Origin: an uncultured Alphaproteobacteria bacterium
GTDB taxonomy: Bacteria; Pseudomonadota; Alphaproteobacteria; RF32; CAG-239
Length of the DNA: 64,000 bases
Reading direction: 5' to 3'
Assembly: GCA_949297145.1 (NCBI GenBank)
Contig: CASFQO010000013.1
Location: 82,768-146,767 of the forward strand
Made by a program: the position numbers and the translations under genes. Below the pieces are notes generated by a model. The model had not been told where the DNA came from. It worked only from the letters and a program-made list of their open reading frames with translations, and did not search any database. Shown here piece after piece: positions 20,441 to 29,405 of the stretch (positions are counted from its first letter, which is position 1; every line of letters begins with the position of its first letter).

Positions 20441-21172
20441 TTATATAAACAAATCTCCGGCAATGATTTTTTCGGTTCCTTTATTTGTTTTTAGTATTAA
20501 ATAACCATTGTCGTCAATATCTTCAAAAAAACCTTCTTTTACTTCTCTTTCTGTCTTTATTTTTATTTTTTCTTTATAACCTTTAGCCATATCTAGCCAT
20601 TCTCGTCGTATCTTATCAAATCCATTTTTACGGTATTCTTGCATATCCGATAAAAACTGTTGCAGATAATAATGCAATAATTCTATCCGGTCAAGTATCA
20701 ACCCTGACTCTTTTAGTGAGGTTGCTTGATAGGGCATTCCTTCTAAAACCGGCGCTTTCTCTACATTAACGCCGATACCTATCGCCCATAGCGTGTCTTT
20801 TATATTTTCCAATAATATTCCGGACAATTTTTTCCCGTTTAAAAAAACGTCATTCGGCCACTTTATTTTGATATCACCGGCTTTATATCTTTGTTTGATT
20901 GTTTTGGCTAGGCTTAATCCTACTATGCAAACAATTTTACTTAATTCCTGAACTTCTGCTTCTTGAGTATAAGTAAAATAGAGATTTCCGGTTATTTCTT
21001 GCCACTTGTTCCCGCGGCGGCCGCGGCCACCGGTTTGATGTATGGCACTCACAACTATGTTTTTCCCTAATTTTTCTACATATTCTTTTATCGTATCATT
21101 AGTTGAAATGACACTTTCTTCTTCATACCAGTCCCAAATTCCGATTTTTTCTTTATAAGTTGACGACATCAA
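20441..21172 (-). CDS. birA: Biotin-[acetyl-CoA-carboxylase] ligase (no HTH domain)
   Basis: QTGGRGRRGNKW signature and KWPNDV motif. Confidence 0.85.
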   Translation of the reverse strand: MMSSTYKEKIGIWDWYEEESVISTNDTIKEYVEKLGKNIVVSAIHQTGGRGRRGNKWQEITGNLYFTYTQEAEVQELSKIVCIVGLSLAKTIKQRYKAGDIKIKWPNDVFLNGKKLSGILLENIKDTLWAIGIGVNVEKAPVLEGMPYQATSLKESGLILDRIELLHYYLQQFLSDMQEYRKNGFDKIRREWLDMAKGYKEKIKIKTEREVKEGFFEDIDDNGYLILKTNKGTEKIIAGDLFI

Positions 21173-22577
21173 ACATATCTTTCATTATCGCAAATAAATC
21201 TTGCGGATTAAACGCTATCAGCACAATGCATATCACGCTAAATAGTGTATACATCATGACTGATTTATTTTCACTGTCATATATTTTGATTTTATGTTCA
21301 AAATATGCGGTTTTTATGATATCTAAGTAAGCTTTGGATAATATCAGCAAGAAAAACAAAATTATCCCTAAGCTTATGTAATATTCCCGTTTTAAGAGTT
21401 CTGACACGGCATTTAATTGCCCTAAAAATCCTACCAACGGCGGTAACCCTATAAACGAAAATAGGCTAACCAGCAAAGCTCCCGTTGTGTACGCTCTTGT
21501 TTCGGCAAGACCTGATAACGATGTTACGGATGATAAATATTCGCCATGGCTCTTTAAGCTATAAAAAACAAGGTAACTTCCGTTTAAGCTTATTATATAA
21601 ACGAACAAATATACAAATGCCGCAAAATTTGTCTCCGACTTAAAAAATGATAAAAGGATTAAAACAATCCCAAAGTGATACATGGAACTATATGATAAAA
21701 TACGATGCAGATTGATTCTGGCATTTGCACCCATTGCACCAAAAATAACTGACAGCAATGCGAAACCTTGATATACCGGGGATAACTCTGCAGACAATGG
21801 CTTAAATAATTCTACATTTAACTTAATGAAACAGCCCCAAAAAGCAAGTGGCGCAATTAGAGCAAAGTAATGGCTTACAGGCAGAATTCCTTTTCCGGTT
21901 TTATCTTCTGCTATAATATGAAAAGGGGCTAATCCCAAAGAGTATAAAAAAGGAATAATAATCGCTACTGCCGATAAATAGAGCGGTAGGGATTGCGGGG
22001 CATTTAAGAATAATTCCCTTAAAGCTGTAAATTCGACATTTCCATCTTCATAACTGTTCAGATATCCGAATCCGGCTGCAAAAATGATTACAACCATTGC
22101 AGATACCCCCATATAACGGCTGGCGGCCTCTGATGGTAATTTTTCGTAACTTATTCCTAGTAAGCGATAATGTGTATAAGTCAGCAAAATATAGCAGAAC
22201 AATAATGCTACCAAATTGCTTGATGACAACAGTAGATTTATCCCTATCAACGAACTTAAAATCAAAATATAATATTTGCATCCTGTTTTATTCTCGGTGC
22301 TAAACCATGTTGAAGCCAATCCTATCATAATATACGCCAAGAAACCAATGCATAAATTAAACAACAGCGTGTATGCATCATTTGTAAAATATAGCGGACT
22401 AAAGCTCTTTTCTTGCCAAGCTACAGCCCAGAAAAGAGATACCAACAGCCAAAATCTTGCTATCCTTGCATATATTTTTGCAGAATCATACGACAACAGA
22501 TACATAAAAAACAAATGCAATATTCCGATAATTAACGAAGCTTCCGGAAGCGCATATCTTATATGTTCCCAAATCAT
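21153..22577 (-). CDS. NuoN-like antiporter-type membrane protein, divergent
   Basis: About 14 TM helices; GLAPFHIIAEDKTG aligns to the canonical KxxxxPFHxWxPDVYxG block but lacks its charged residues; nuoN-birA-rnj synteny. Confidence 0.65.
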   Translation of the reverse strand: MIWEHIRYALPEASLIIGILHLFFMYLLSYDSAKIYARIARFWLLVSLFWAVAWQEKSFSPLYFTNDAYTLLFNLCIGFLAYIMIGLASTWFSTENKTGCKYYILILSSLIGINLLLSSSNLVALLFCYILLTYTHYRLLGISYEKLPSEAASRYMGVSAMVVIIFAAGFGYLNSYEDGNVEFTALRELFLNAPQSLPLYLSAVAIIIPFLYSLGLAPFHIIAEDKTGKGILPVSHYFALIAPLAFWGCFIKLNVELFKPLSAELSPVYQGFALLSVIFGAMGANARINLHRILSYSSMYHFGIVLILLSFFKSETNFAAFVYLFVYIISLNGSYLVFYSLKSHGEYLSSVTSLSGLAETRAYTTGALLVSLFSFIGLPPLVGFLGQLNAVSELLKREYYISLGIILFFLLILSKAYLDIIKTAYFEHKIKIYDSENKSVMMYTLFSVICIVLIAFNPQDLFAIMKDMFDVVNL

Positions 22578-22592
22578 CTCTTCCTTGCCTCC

Positions 22593-24020
22593 TTAAAATA
22601 CAAACCATAATGGTTTGAAAAATGATAAAAACAAGATGACCAAACAACTCAAATATACAAAAAAGTGTAAATTCGGCAAGTCCCCACCTAAGACACAGGC
22701 TGCCGAGGCACTGCTTTTATCCTTTAGTTTATATAATTCTTCCAACAACGCCAGGGCAACCACAAATATAGACAACATCACCATTATTCCCAGTACTAAG
22801 TTATAATTAAAAATCTCTGAGATGATGATAAAATTATTCCAGAACAGCGATGTGACCGGCAAACCTACTCCGGCCAAGATAAATAAAGATAAACATTTTG
22901 AGGTTCTTGGCATATAACACAAAATTCCTCCTGTTCCATATATGCCCAATTTTTTCTTCTGATATTCTATATGACTGATTAAAAAAGATAAAACCGTCAC
23001 AATAATGATATACGAAAATAGTGAGTAGCCTATATTGAGTTTCAGCACATCCGTCGGTAAAAAGACACTGGTCAGATATAACAAATAATAAACGGTCGTG
23101 TAGGCAAATAATTTATAGCGTATGTCTTTGTGGCTTAGGCTTACTAAGGCAATAAACAACATTGTGATAATGCAGATAATTTCAAATATCGGTGCATGAA
23201 CGGCGATTGATTGCGGTACGGTATTCGGCCAAAATCTGATAAACCCATATAGCCCGATCAAAGGTATCAAATTGCCTACCAAAAATACCAACGGATTTTT
23301 TAGGCTCGAGTTTATGGATGAAATCCAATAGTGAAACGGCCAAATCGGTAAACGTGAAATAAAAGCAAAAAAGATGCTGAGCCAGACAAAATATTCCGTT
23401 CCGCCTTTGAAATTTAACTTGCCGGCTTCATTGAGCAATATATTGTTTTCTTCAGAATCGCACATCATCACAATAGCAACAAGCAATAATAGCGCACCTA
23501 TTAGGTTATATATGCTAAAACGTATCAGTACCGTTTTTTTTCTTTGGCTGCCATATGTACTTATCAAAATCATCAAAGGCATTCCCGATGCTACAAAAAA
23601 TATATAAAAAGATAAAACATCGGCCGCAATAAAGTATCCGTTGACCAAGCCTATAAACAGTAATTCCGATGTTATAAGCGTTTTGGAGCGTTCTGTGTGG
23701 CGACTTAAGCATAACTCACCTATCAAAAATGATAAATTCACACTCAAAATAATCAGCAGAGAAAATACGTCTACGCCCAAACTTATGTCTACTTCAGGAT
23801 AATCTATCCATTTAAAATGTTCCACAAGTTGCAAATTGTTGTCGTGTAGGTTGCATTGCGAAAAAATATACAATATCAACCCCACATTTGCCAATAAAGT
23901 CAATATAGAGACGTTGTAGACATTTGAAGTTGCGTAATTTTTATCATCACGAGCCGTCAAGGCGAAGATTGATCCGATTAGTGGAATTAAAACCAGTCCT
24001 AATAGTTGATACATACTCAC
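22593..24020 (-). CDS. NuoM-like antiporter-type membrane protein, divergent
   Basis: FAFISRLPIWPFHYWISSINS aligns to FAVKxPxxPxHxWLPxAH with Lys/His/Asp positions replaced. Confidence 0.65.
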   Translation of the reverse strand: MSMYQLLGLVLIPLIGSIFALTARDDKNYATSNVYNVSILTLLANVGLILYIFSQCNLHDNNLQLVEHFKWIDYPEVDISLGVDVFSLLIILSVNLSFLIGELCLSRHTERSKTLITSELLFIGLVNGYFIAADVLSFYIFFVASGMPLMILISTYGSQRKKTVLIRFSIYNLIGALLLLVAIVMMCDSEENNILLNEAGKLNFKGGTEYFVWLSIFFAFISRLPIWPFHYWISSINSSLKNPLVFLVGNLIPLIGLYGFIRFWPNTVPQSIAVHAPIFEIICIITMLFIALVSLSHKDIRYKLFAYTTVYYLLYLTSVFLPTDVLKLNIGYSLFSYIIIVTVLSFLISHIEYQKKKLGIYGTGGILCYMPRTSKCLSLFILAGVGLPVTSLFWNNFIIISEIFNYNLVLGIMVMLSIFVVALALLEELYKLKDKSSASAACVLGGDLPNLHFFVYLSCLVILFLSFFKPLWFVF

Positions 24021-25690
24021 GGTAACTCTCTCCTATAAAATGACAGCAGAAAACATACAATACCGATTATGATAAATGTAAAACAAGCCATATAGCTCTT
24101 CCGGTTAATCTTGAAAAATAAAGATATACCCGTTTTATGCAGCCCGGTCAGACTTGCCGTTATTACCTTTTCCGAAAAGATAAAGTCGACCATCAGCCAC
24201 AGTGTCCTACTCAAATACATAAATGGTGTTACCAAGGTGTAGAAAAAGAAACTCTTACTTAAATCTTCTTTTTGCAGCCACTCTATTTCGTATAATGTCC
24301 GCATTTTGGTCAGTAGCGGGCACCAGCATAAAAAGATAAACAGCAAAACGAAAATAATATTATAAATTGTGTATGCTTGCATTTCTACATTAGTATAAAT
24401 AAACAAGCTTATCATTACTAAAAGCGATATCGGGCGCAAGGGATTTGGCGTTAAATTATCTAGTTTTCTGGAATATGGCGATTGATAGATATGATTTAAG
24501 ACTGTCGCAATCGTTGCCAAAATGGCTATACCCGCTATCAAAATCCATGGCTGCGTTTGCTTTTCGGCAATTTTCCAGATAAGTGTGAGGAAGATATTTG
24601 TGATTAAGATGAACTGTAATAAAGTCGCCTGAAGCATAAAGGCGTTGGTTCCTCGGCCATTTAACATTTCACTTACTTTGGCTTCATGATTTTGGTATAA
24701 GTACATTTTTAAGAACAGTAGATTTATGAAATATCCAACACTGTAATAAAACGAATACTGCCAATTCCACCGTAAATTATGGTTTGTCAACATCAGCAAA
24801 AGCAGCCCTAGCAACCCCATATTCAAGTAAACAACTTTTTTCTTGATATTATCAATTATAATGCAGTTCAAAAGTCCAAAGACAAAGGTTAGGATACTCA
24901 TGATTTTCAGCAAAGGAATCGTCAAATCTGAAACATAGACTAAATCATGCAATTTCAATAGTACAAATATGGCTGATAATGGGGCAAACAAAAGATTAAC
25001 CGTACTCATACGCTGAAATTTTGCCGCACTTAAATCCAGCAAATAGCTTTGAAACATAAACAGTCCCATTTTAATAAACACGGATATCAGCAGCATCAAT
25101 CCTACAAAATCTTTATGACGGCCAATTTTTTCGTATTGAGGTAAATCTGCCAAAGATAAACTTTGCAGCTTTCCACATACCAACGCCAACACCATAAACA
25201 AGCAAGTGTCTGCAAAAAAATTATACACCACATAGCGATGAGATGAATCGACATCTTTTAAGATTAAATACCCTAAGATATCCGTTACAAAAACCGCCGT
25301 TATCAGCTGCACATAGTTTTCTGAACAAATCAGCAATCCGAGAGAAGTCAAATTAAGCAACACAAAGGCATTAAAAGCGCTCTTCTTTTCTTCATAGCGA
25401 AAGATATTATTATGAAGAATAGTCACGAGCGATAAAAAGAACAAAGGTAAGAGAAGCCTATGTTCCCCTTGTTTGGGGCTAAAATCTATAGTGATCTCGC
25501 CGATTTTTGAAGTGTTCCATAGAAAAGAAAACGTTTCTTTATTTAAATTAACCGCACTGGCAGCAAAATCCATAAACAGAATCGTTGCGACGAAAAACAT
25601 CAGCCACGACATCAACCGGTCATATTTCATCCGTTGCTTAACTAAGCCGACAAAGCTTAAAATAATTAAAGCGGCTATTATATGTATCAT
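24017..25690 (-). CDS. NuoL-like antiporter-type membrane protein, divergent
   Basis: 557-aa polytopic protein in the nuoL position (ATGA-type overlap with the M-like gene); GWEGVG-type block not recognisable. Confidence 0.55.
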   Translation of the reverse strand: MIHIIAALIILSFVGLVKQRMKYDRLMSWLMFFVATILFMDFAASAVNLNKETFSFLWNTSKIGEITIDFSPKQGEHRLLLPLFFLSLVTILHNNIFRYEEKKSAFNAFVLLNLTSLGLLICSENYVQLITAVFVTDILGYLILKDVDSSHRYVVYNFFADTCLFMVLALVCGKLQSLSLADLPQYEKIGRHKDFVGLMLLISVFIKMGLFMFQSYLLDLSAAKFQRMSTVNLLFAPLSAIFVLLKLHDLVYVSDLTIPLLKIMSILTFVFGLLNCIIIDNIKKKVVYLNMGLLGLLLLMLTNHNLRWNWQYSFYYSVGYFINLLFLKMYLYQNHEAKVSEMLNGRGTNAFMLQATLLQFILITNIFLTLIWKIAEKQTQPWILIAGIAILATIATVLNHIYQSPYSRKLDNLTPNPLRPISLLVMISLFIYTNVEMQAYTIYNIIFVLLFIFLCWCPLLTKMRTLYEIEWLQKEDLSKSFFFYTLVTPFMYLSRTLWLMVDFIFSEKVITASLTGLHKTGISLFFKINRKSYMACFTFIIIGIVCFLLSFYRRELP

Positions 25691-25751
25691 AATATACTAT
25701 CCTTTCTTTTGCCACAGAATCTGCAGACACCACCAGACTAAAGGATAGATA

Positions 25752-26069
25752 TTATTTTATCAAGGATTTTACATCTTTTACAATACGAACAGGAACTTCA
25801 TATTCTCTTGCAACATCTTCATTTTCCACCTCTACGATCAACATAGAGCTGACTGATTTTAGCGGCATTCTTGCTTCTTTTGCTATACTTTCAAAAACAA
25901 CAGCGCTATCTTTTGTTCTATATAACAGCGCAGTTGCACCTCCGTCATATACAAAGCGCGGATTTTCCGGCCCTCCGGCGCGAGAATTAATGATGATTAA
26001 GATATCCCCTGCTTCATTTTGCAAAATATCATATCTGCTTTCTTGATCTATTTCTTTAATTGTGGACAT
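25752..26069 (-). CDS. Small soluble hypothetical protein in the position where nuoK would be expected
   Basis: 105-aa ORF with no TM helices; not NuoK-like. Confidence 0.5.
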   Translation of the reverse strand: MSTIKEIDQESRYDILQNEAGDILIIINSRAGGPENPRFVYDGGATALLYRTKDSAVVFESIAKEARMPLKSVSSMLIVEVENEDVAREYEVPVRIVKDVKSLIK

Positions 26070-26171
26070 TCTTCCCTCTTCTAAAAGCTTGTTATTTTGT
26101 TGTTTAGTTTATTTTTAGCACATAATAGTTAACAAATAAATAGCTAAATGCAAAAAAATTTAATTTTTTTA

Positions 26172-26200
26172 TTGACTATCTAAAAATTATCCTTTATATA
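26172..26200 (+). promoter_or_regulatory. Sigma70-type promoter for tRNA-Lys
   Basis: TTGACT (26172..26177), 17 nt, TATATA (26195..26200), about 20 nt before the tRNA 5' end. Confidence 0.55.
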
Positions 26201-26219
26201 CCCTTTTCAGTTACATTGT

Positions 26220-26295
26220 GGGCCCGTAGCTCAGTCGGTAGAGCATTTGACTTTTAATCAAAGGGTCATGGGTTCGAATCCCGTCGGGCTCACCA
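26220..26295 (+). tRNA. tRNA-Lys (anticodon UUU), CCA encoded
   Basis: Cloverleaf folded by hand: 7-bp acceptor GGGCCCG/CGGGCTC, D arm GCTC..GAGC, anticodon loop CTTTTAA, T arm ATGGG-TTCGAAT-CCCGT, 3' ACCA. Confidence 0.95.
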
Positions 26296-26302
26296 TTTAA
26301 GG

Positions 26303-26333
26303 AAATCTCCGTAGAAATACGGAGATTTTTTTT
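26303..26333 (+). terminator. Rho-independent terminator after the tRNA
   Basis: AAATCTCCGTA pairs with TACGGAGATTT, followed by T-run. Confidence 0.8.
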
Positions 26334-26665
26334 GTGCGCTAAGACTTAGGAAATCAGGGGATTTGAGAGATTGAAAGACGGGATTTTAGTCTACGTGTTC
26401 CATTCTTAAAACCCAAAATTTCGGTCTAAACGGATCTAAAGTCTCAAATAAGAAGGGAACAATGTGTCGTCGTTCCTACATCGGTTTTATTGACTTTGAG
26501 GGCAAAATGGTTAAAATCGGTTTGATAGTAAAAGCCGCTTATCGGTCGCCTAAAAAGCCGGTAATTCTCGAACTTTTGCATCAAGAGTTCCATCATTAAA
26601 CAAGTTTTAAAAAATTGCCTATATTTTATAAAGTGTAAGTATTTTAATTTTTAAGGAACAGATAA

Positions 26666-26872
26666 ATGAAAAACTTCACTGAAAATGATGTGTGCGTTGC
26701 GGCTTATTATAACTGGCTGAATTCTGGCTGCCAGGATGGAAACGATTTACAGAACTGAAATAATGCTCTGACACAGTTGTCAACCAAGATATCCGACAGC
26801 AAATCAACCTGCAAATCATGCTTCAACAAAACGCAGGTTAAGAAATCTTCTGCTAAGAAATCTAAAAAATAA
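26666..26872 (+). pseudogene. DUF2934-like small ORF with in-frame TGA (26756..26758) at the expected Trp position
   Basis: MKNFTENDVCVAAYYNWLNSGCQDGNDLQN-TGA-NNALTQL...KKSKK; the AY-W-G-G-D-W-A pattern of DUF2934 puts W where the TGA lies. Confidence 0.35.
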
Positions 26873-26900
26873 TTTTTCCGTTTGATTTACCGACTTTCTT

Positions 26901-26929
26901 AAAGAACTCCGAATAATCCGGAGTTCTTT
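26901..26929. terminator. Strong hairpin between convergent genes
   Basis: AAAGAACTCCG pairs with CGGAGTTCTTT; weak T-runs on both sides. Confidence 0.45.
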
Positions 26930-26978
26930 ATATTTGATAATCCCAAGATACCTTTGTCGTAAAATTTTCTTCTCTAAT

Positions 26979-27788
26979 TTAAAAATATCCCAGACAAGTA
27001 TTGATTTGCAGATTGGGTGTATCAAAGGTATCCCAAGCCTCATTGGTAAGGGAATTACCGTGAGTGATGCGGGCAGACAAGCCCAAAATACCGAGCTGCA
27101 GATAAGCCATATTGACGCAAAGGCTGTCAATATCGGTGGCGAGAATCACCAGTTTGCCTCCAAGATTAGCCATACCCTGCTTTTGCAGATGACGAATCAG
27201 ACCGATGATCATTGCCTCTGAACCGCAAGCCGGTTCGGCAACAGTTATATAAGGCTTTCCTTGCGGCAAGCCATCGCCAAAAGCCACGGCAGCCATAAAT
27301 TCACAGACAAGAATCGGCGTGAAAAACTGTCCGTGAAAATGCTTATCCAGCCGCATTTGTCCGAAATAACGCCCCAGATAATCATCCGGCTGCCACGCCA
27401 GAAGTTCGGACAATGTCTTAAGCATACTTAAAATAAGGACTATCTGCGGCTGTTTGTAATATTTTGCCCGCTCATGATATTCGGTATGGCATTGCTCGTA
27501 TTTGGGCATATAACGAGCCAGCAGCGGTTCCTGCATGCCGAAATTATGAATGATGCACCGCCCCATCAGGCAGAAATCATCAAAAACTGTATGTAAAGCC
27601 CGGTTACTTTCCGCCGCCAGCTGGTCAAACATTTTGAAAAATTCGGCTTCTTTGGCGGAACAGCCGCCATACATGAATTTGTCTTCTTTCGGAGCGGCAG
27701 ATTCCGACATGGGAAGTGATGACTGCTGAACGGCAGGTGTTTGCTGAAGTGCCGGAAGCGTAAAATTAAAAGCAAGCTGATCAGACAT
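26979..27788 (-). CDS. N6-adenine-MTase-like protein lacking the catalytic (D/N)PP(Y/F) motif
   Basis: GQFFTP, EPACGSEAM (motif I-like) and ATDIDSLCVNMAYLQLGILG...ITHGNSL are present; the ORF ends about 20 aa later, before any NPPY/F. Confidence 0.6.
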   Translation of the reverse strand: MSDQLAFNFTLPALQQTPAVQQSSLPMSESAAPKEDKFMYGGCSAKEAEFFKMFDQLAAESNRALHTVFDDFCLMGRCIIHNFGMQEPLLARYMPKYEQCHTEYHERAKYYKQPQIVLILSMLKTLSELLAWQPDDYLGRYFGQMRLDKHFHGQFFTPILVCEFMAAVAFGDGLPQGKPYITVAEPACGSEAMIIGLIRHLQKQGMANLGGKLVILATDIDSLCVNMAYLQLGILGLSARITHGNSLTNEAWDTFDTPNLQINTCLGYF

Positions 27789-27862
27789 TTTGTCCCCTCT
27801 CTATATATAATAAGTATGAGGGTTGCTTAAGTATTGGCTTTAGTCCAGTTATTTAACATATT
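27789..27862 (-). promoter_or_regulatory. Early promoter/5'UTR cassette H (class TTAAGCAA)
   Basis: Minus-strand CTGGAC-N12-TTAAGCAA, core 27823..27848. Confidence 0.5.
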
Positions 27863-27936
27863 TTATCTCCTACGATTGATTTTTGGAGCGTTCTGCACCT
27901 CTTCTGACAAGCGAAAAAACGGAAAAATATCGTTAT

Positions 27937-27954
27937 AGCGTATTATTGTACGCT
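27937..27954. promoter_or_regulatory. Operator-like palindrome AGCGTA-TTATTG-TACGCT
   Basis: Perfect 6-bp inverted arms; a near-identical copy lies at 31267..31282. Confidence 0.35.
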
Positions 27955-28030
27955 TTTTGAAAATGTTTCGCCGTGTGGGCGGATTTTGGCCAATGCGGCG
28001 GGCGTTTGCTGTTTTCTGACTTTGCGACAC

Positions 28031-28064
28031 AATAAAAGCCTCGGTCAAAACCGAGGCTTTTATT
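28031..28064 (-). terminator. Rho-independent terminator of 28071..28280
   Basis: AAAAGCCTCGG pairs with CCGAGGCTTTT. Confidence 0.7.
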
Positions 28065-28070
28065 CTGAGC

Positions 28071-28280
28071 TTAGGCATTTAATACTCTAGTGTCATAGCC
28101 CATTTTTTCCAGAATCCGGAGCTTTTCGGCATCCGAGGCTTCACCTACCCAGTCCATGGCACGGGAATGATTGAAGATGGGACCGTTTTCAATCAGATTT
28201 TCGGCTAACAGAATATCTGTCAGCGTGTCAATATCATTGTACAAGATTTTGATGAGCATGTCCTTTTTTTTCTTAGTCAT
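28071..28280 (-). CDS. Small hypothetical protein (paralog of 30803..31060)
   Basis: C-termini align: AMDWVGEASDAEKLRILEKMGYDTRVLN vs AMCWLEKEPPLKEKLLVLKEMGYDLSILN. Confidence 0.6.
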   Translation of the reverse strand: MTKKKKDMLIKILYNDIDTLTDILLAENLIENGPIFNHSRAMDWVGEASDAEKLRILEKMGYDTRVLNA

Positions 28281-28375
28281 TTGATTTTCCTTTCCAAATC
28301 CGAAACGACACCGCGTCGTTCCTTATGTTTGGAGTTTTGCTTAATGTTTCGGAAATGTCCAGTTATTTATTAGCT
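28281..28375 (-). promoter_or_regulatory. Early promoter/5'UTR cassette A (class TTAAGCAA)
   Basis: Core 28337..28362; leader hairpin ACGAC-GCGGT-GTCGT; GAAAGGAAA Shine-Dalgarno. Confidence 0.5.
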
Positions 28376-28394
28376 AATTTATTGATTTTATTTC

Positions 28395-28484
28395 ACTTTT
28401 TGGCTGGACTTGTGAAATTGTTTCCGGCTTTGTTTGTTTAGCGGCGGCGATGGCGTCGCCTACAACAAACGAAAGGAAAAGACA
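28395..28484 (+). promoter_or_regulatory. Early promoter/5'UTR cassette D (class TTCCGGCT), divergent from cassette A
   Basis: CTGGAC-N12-TTCCGGCT, core 28404..28429; leader hairpin GGCGA-TGGCG-TCGCC. Confidence 0.5.
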
Positions 28485-28910
28485 ATGTTAAAATGTGAAA
28501 GCATAAGTGAAACAATCAGAGCTTACCGCAACGGAGAATATGACAAAGACAGAACAGGCAGCGACACAAAAGTCAAAGAGCTGTGGTGGGACTGGTTCTG
28601 CAAAGACAGCAGCCTTGTCAATAAAGGGCGCAACCTACTGCAAAAGCTCAACCAAATTGCAGACAGCAAGAAGATTGATGCAGGCAAAACCTACGTCTGG
28701 TTCAAAAACCACTGCCCCGGTAACGGTACGCTCTATGACAGCATGTCAATCAGCGACATTGAGACCAAAGACGTTATCTATTGCATTATCCCAAAATCTG
28801 GTCACTTTTGCGATGAGGGCAAAGCCTTCCTCTACGGCAGAGCGGACAAATTTAAAAAGCCGATTGTCGAGGGAACATGGAAAGACATTAAGAACTGGTT
28901 CCGCAGCTAA
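28485..28910 (+). CDS. Hypothetical protein
   Basis: 141-aa ORF from MLKCESIS with SD GAAAGGAAAAG; terminator follows. Confidence 0.6.
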   Translation: MLKCESISETIRAYRNGEYDKDRTGSDTKVKELWWDWFCKDSSLVNKGRNLLQKLNQIADSKKIDAGKTYVWFKNHCPGNGTLYDSMSISDIETKDVIYCIIPKSGHFCDEGKAFLYGRADKFKKPIVEGTWKDIKNWFRS

Positions 28911-28919
28911 GCAAAACAA

Positions 28920-28949
28920 CCGTCTGCCCAAAATGGCAGGCGGCTTTTT
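28920..28949 (+). terminator. Rho-independent terminator
   Basis: CCGTCTGCC pairs with GGCAGGCGG, followed by T5. Confidence 0.8.
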
Positions 28950-29021
28950 GTAACAAAAGAGACCCGTCGGCGTAGCCGGCGGTTCTTCATTAACGGGTAT
29001 AACGCGTTTTTTTCCCCTTAC

Positions 29022-29047
29022 AAAAAAGCCCCGGACTCAGCCGGGGC
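29022..29047 (-). terminator. Rho-independent terminator of the 29996->29055 operon
   Basis: GCCCCGG pairs with CCGGGGC, with T6 on the minus strand. Confidence 0.75.
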
Positions 29048-29054
29048 AAGAAAA

Positions 29055-29357
29055 TCAGAAACAGACCTTAACTTCTACCACCTCTAGCGCGGCATTGCGC
29101 GCCGTGAAACTTTGCAGCGGTATGGAAGCGGACACCGTCCCCTCCTCGTCAAGCAGCTCTGCTGTATAACGCGGAGAGCCAAGCGGTGCTGATGGATAGT
29201 GATAGAGATTGGCAAAACGATAGGTCGTGCGCAAAGACTGCCAGACCATTTGAAAAACAACAGGTTCGGTATCGGTTTGCGGTTCGGCGACACGGTGAAG
29301 CCGGAGTTTGTCGCCAGATGTGAGATGGATAACCATTTCGTTGTTGGATTTAAGCAT
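29055..29357 (-). CDS. Hypothetical protein (distant paralog of 29406..29705)
   Basis: YTAELLDEEGTVSASIPLQSF..AALEV vs FFAELSDEDGNLGSASALEAA..AAIAL. Confidence 0.55.
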   Translation of the reverse strand: MLKSNNEMVIHLTSGDKLRLHRVAEPQTDTEPVVFQMVWQSLRTTYRFANLYHYPSAPLGSPRYTAELLDEEGTVSASIPLQSFTARNAALEVVEVKVCF

Positions 29358-29369
29358 TGTATTTCTCCT

Positions 29370-29399
29370 AAAAAATGGGCTCCGGATTGTACCGGAGCC
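29370..29399 (-). terminator. Intra-operon hairpin/terminator
   Basis: GGCTCCGG pairs with CCGGAGCC, followed by a T-run on the minus strand. Confidence 0.65.
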
Positions 29400-29405
29400 A
29401 AATGG

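Noticed and set aside
26271-26295. tRNA 3'-end direct repeat marking attL/attR inside the window
   Set aside because: Reading 26.3..64 kb, I found no second copy of the TTCGAATCCCGTCGGGCTCACCA segment. The right end of the element is outside the window.
26666-26872. Genome-wide TGA=Trp (translation table 4) as the explanation for the in-frame TGA
   Set aside because: TGA clearly terminates well-supported genes here. Examples are the MFS gene at 14668..14670, 2 nt before the next ATG, and the small terminase at 51916..51918.
27863-28078. 71-aa minus-strand ORF
   Set aside because: It runs through a terminator hairpin and the operator-like palindrome. It has no RBS and a basic low-complexity translation.
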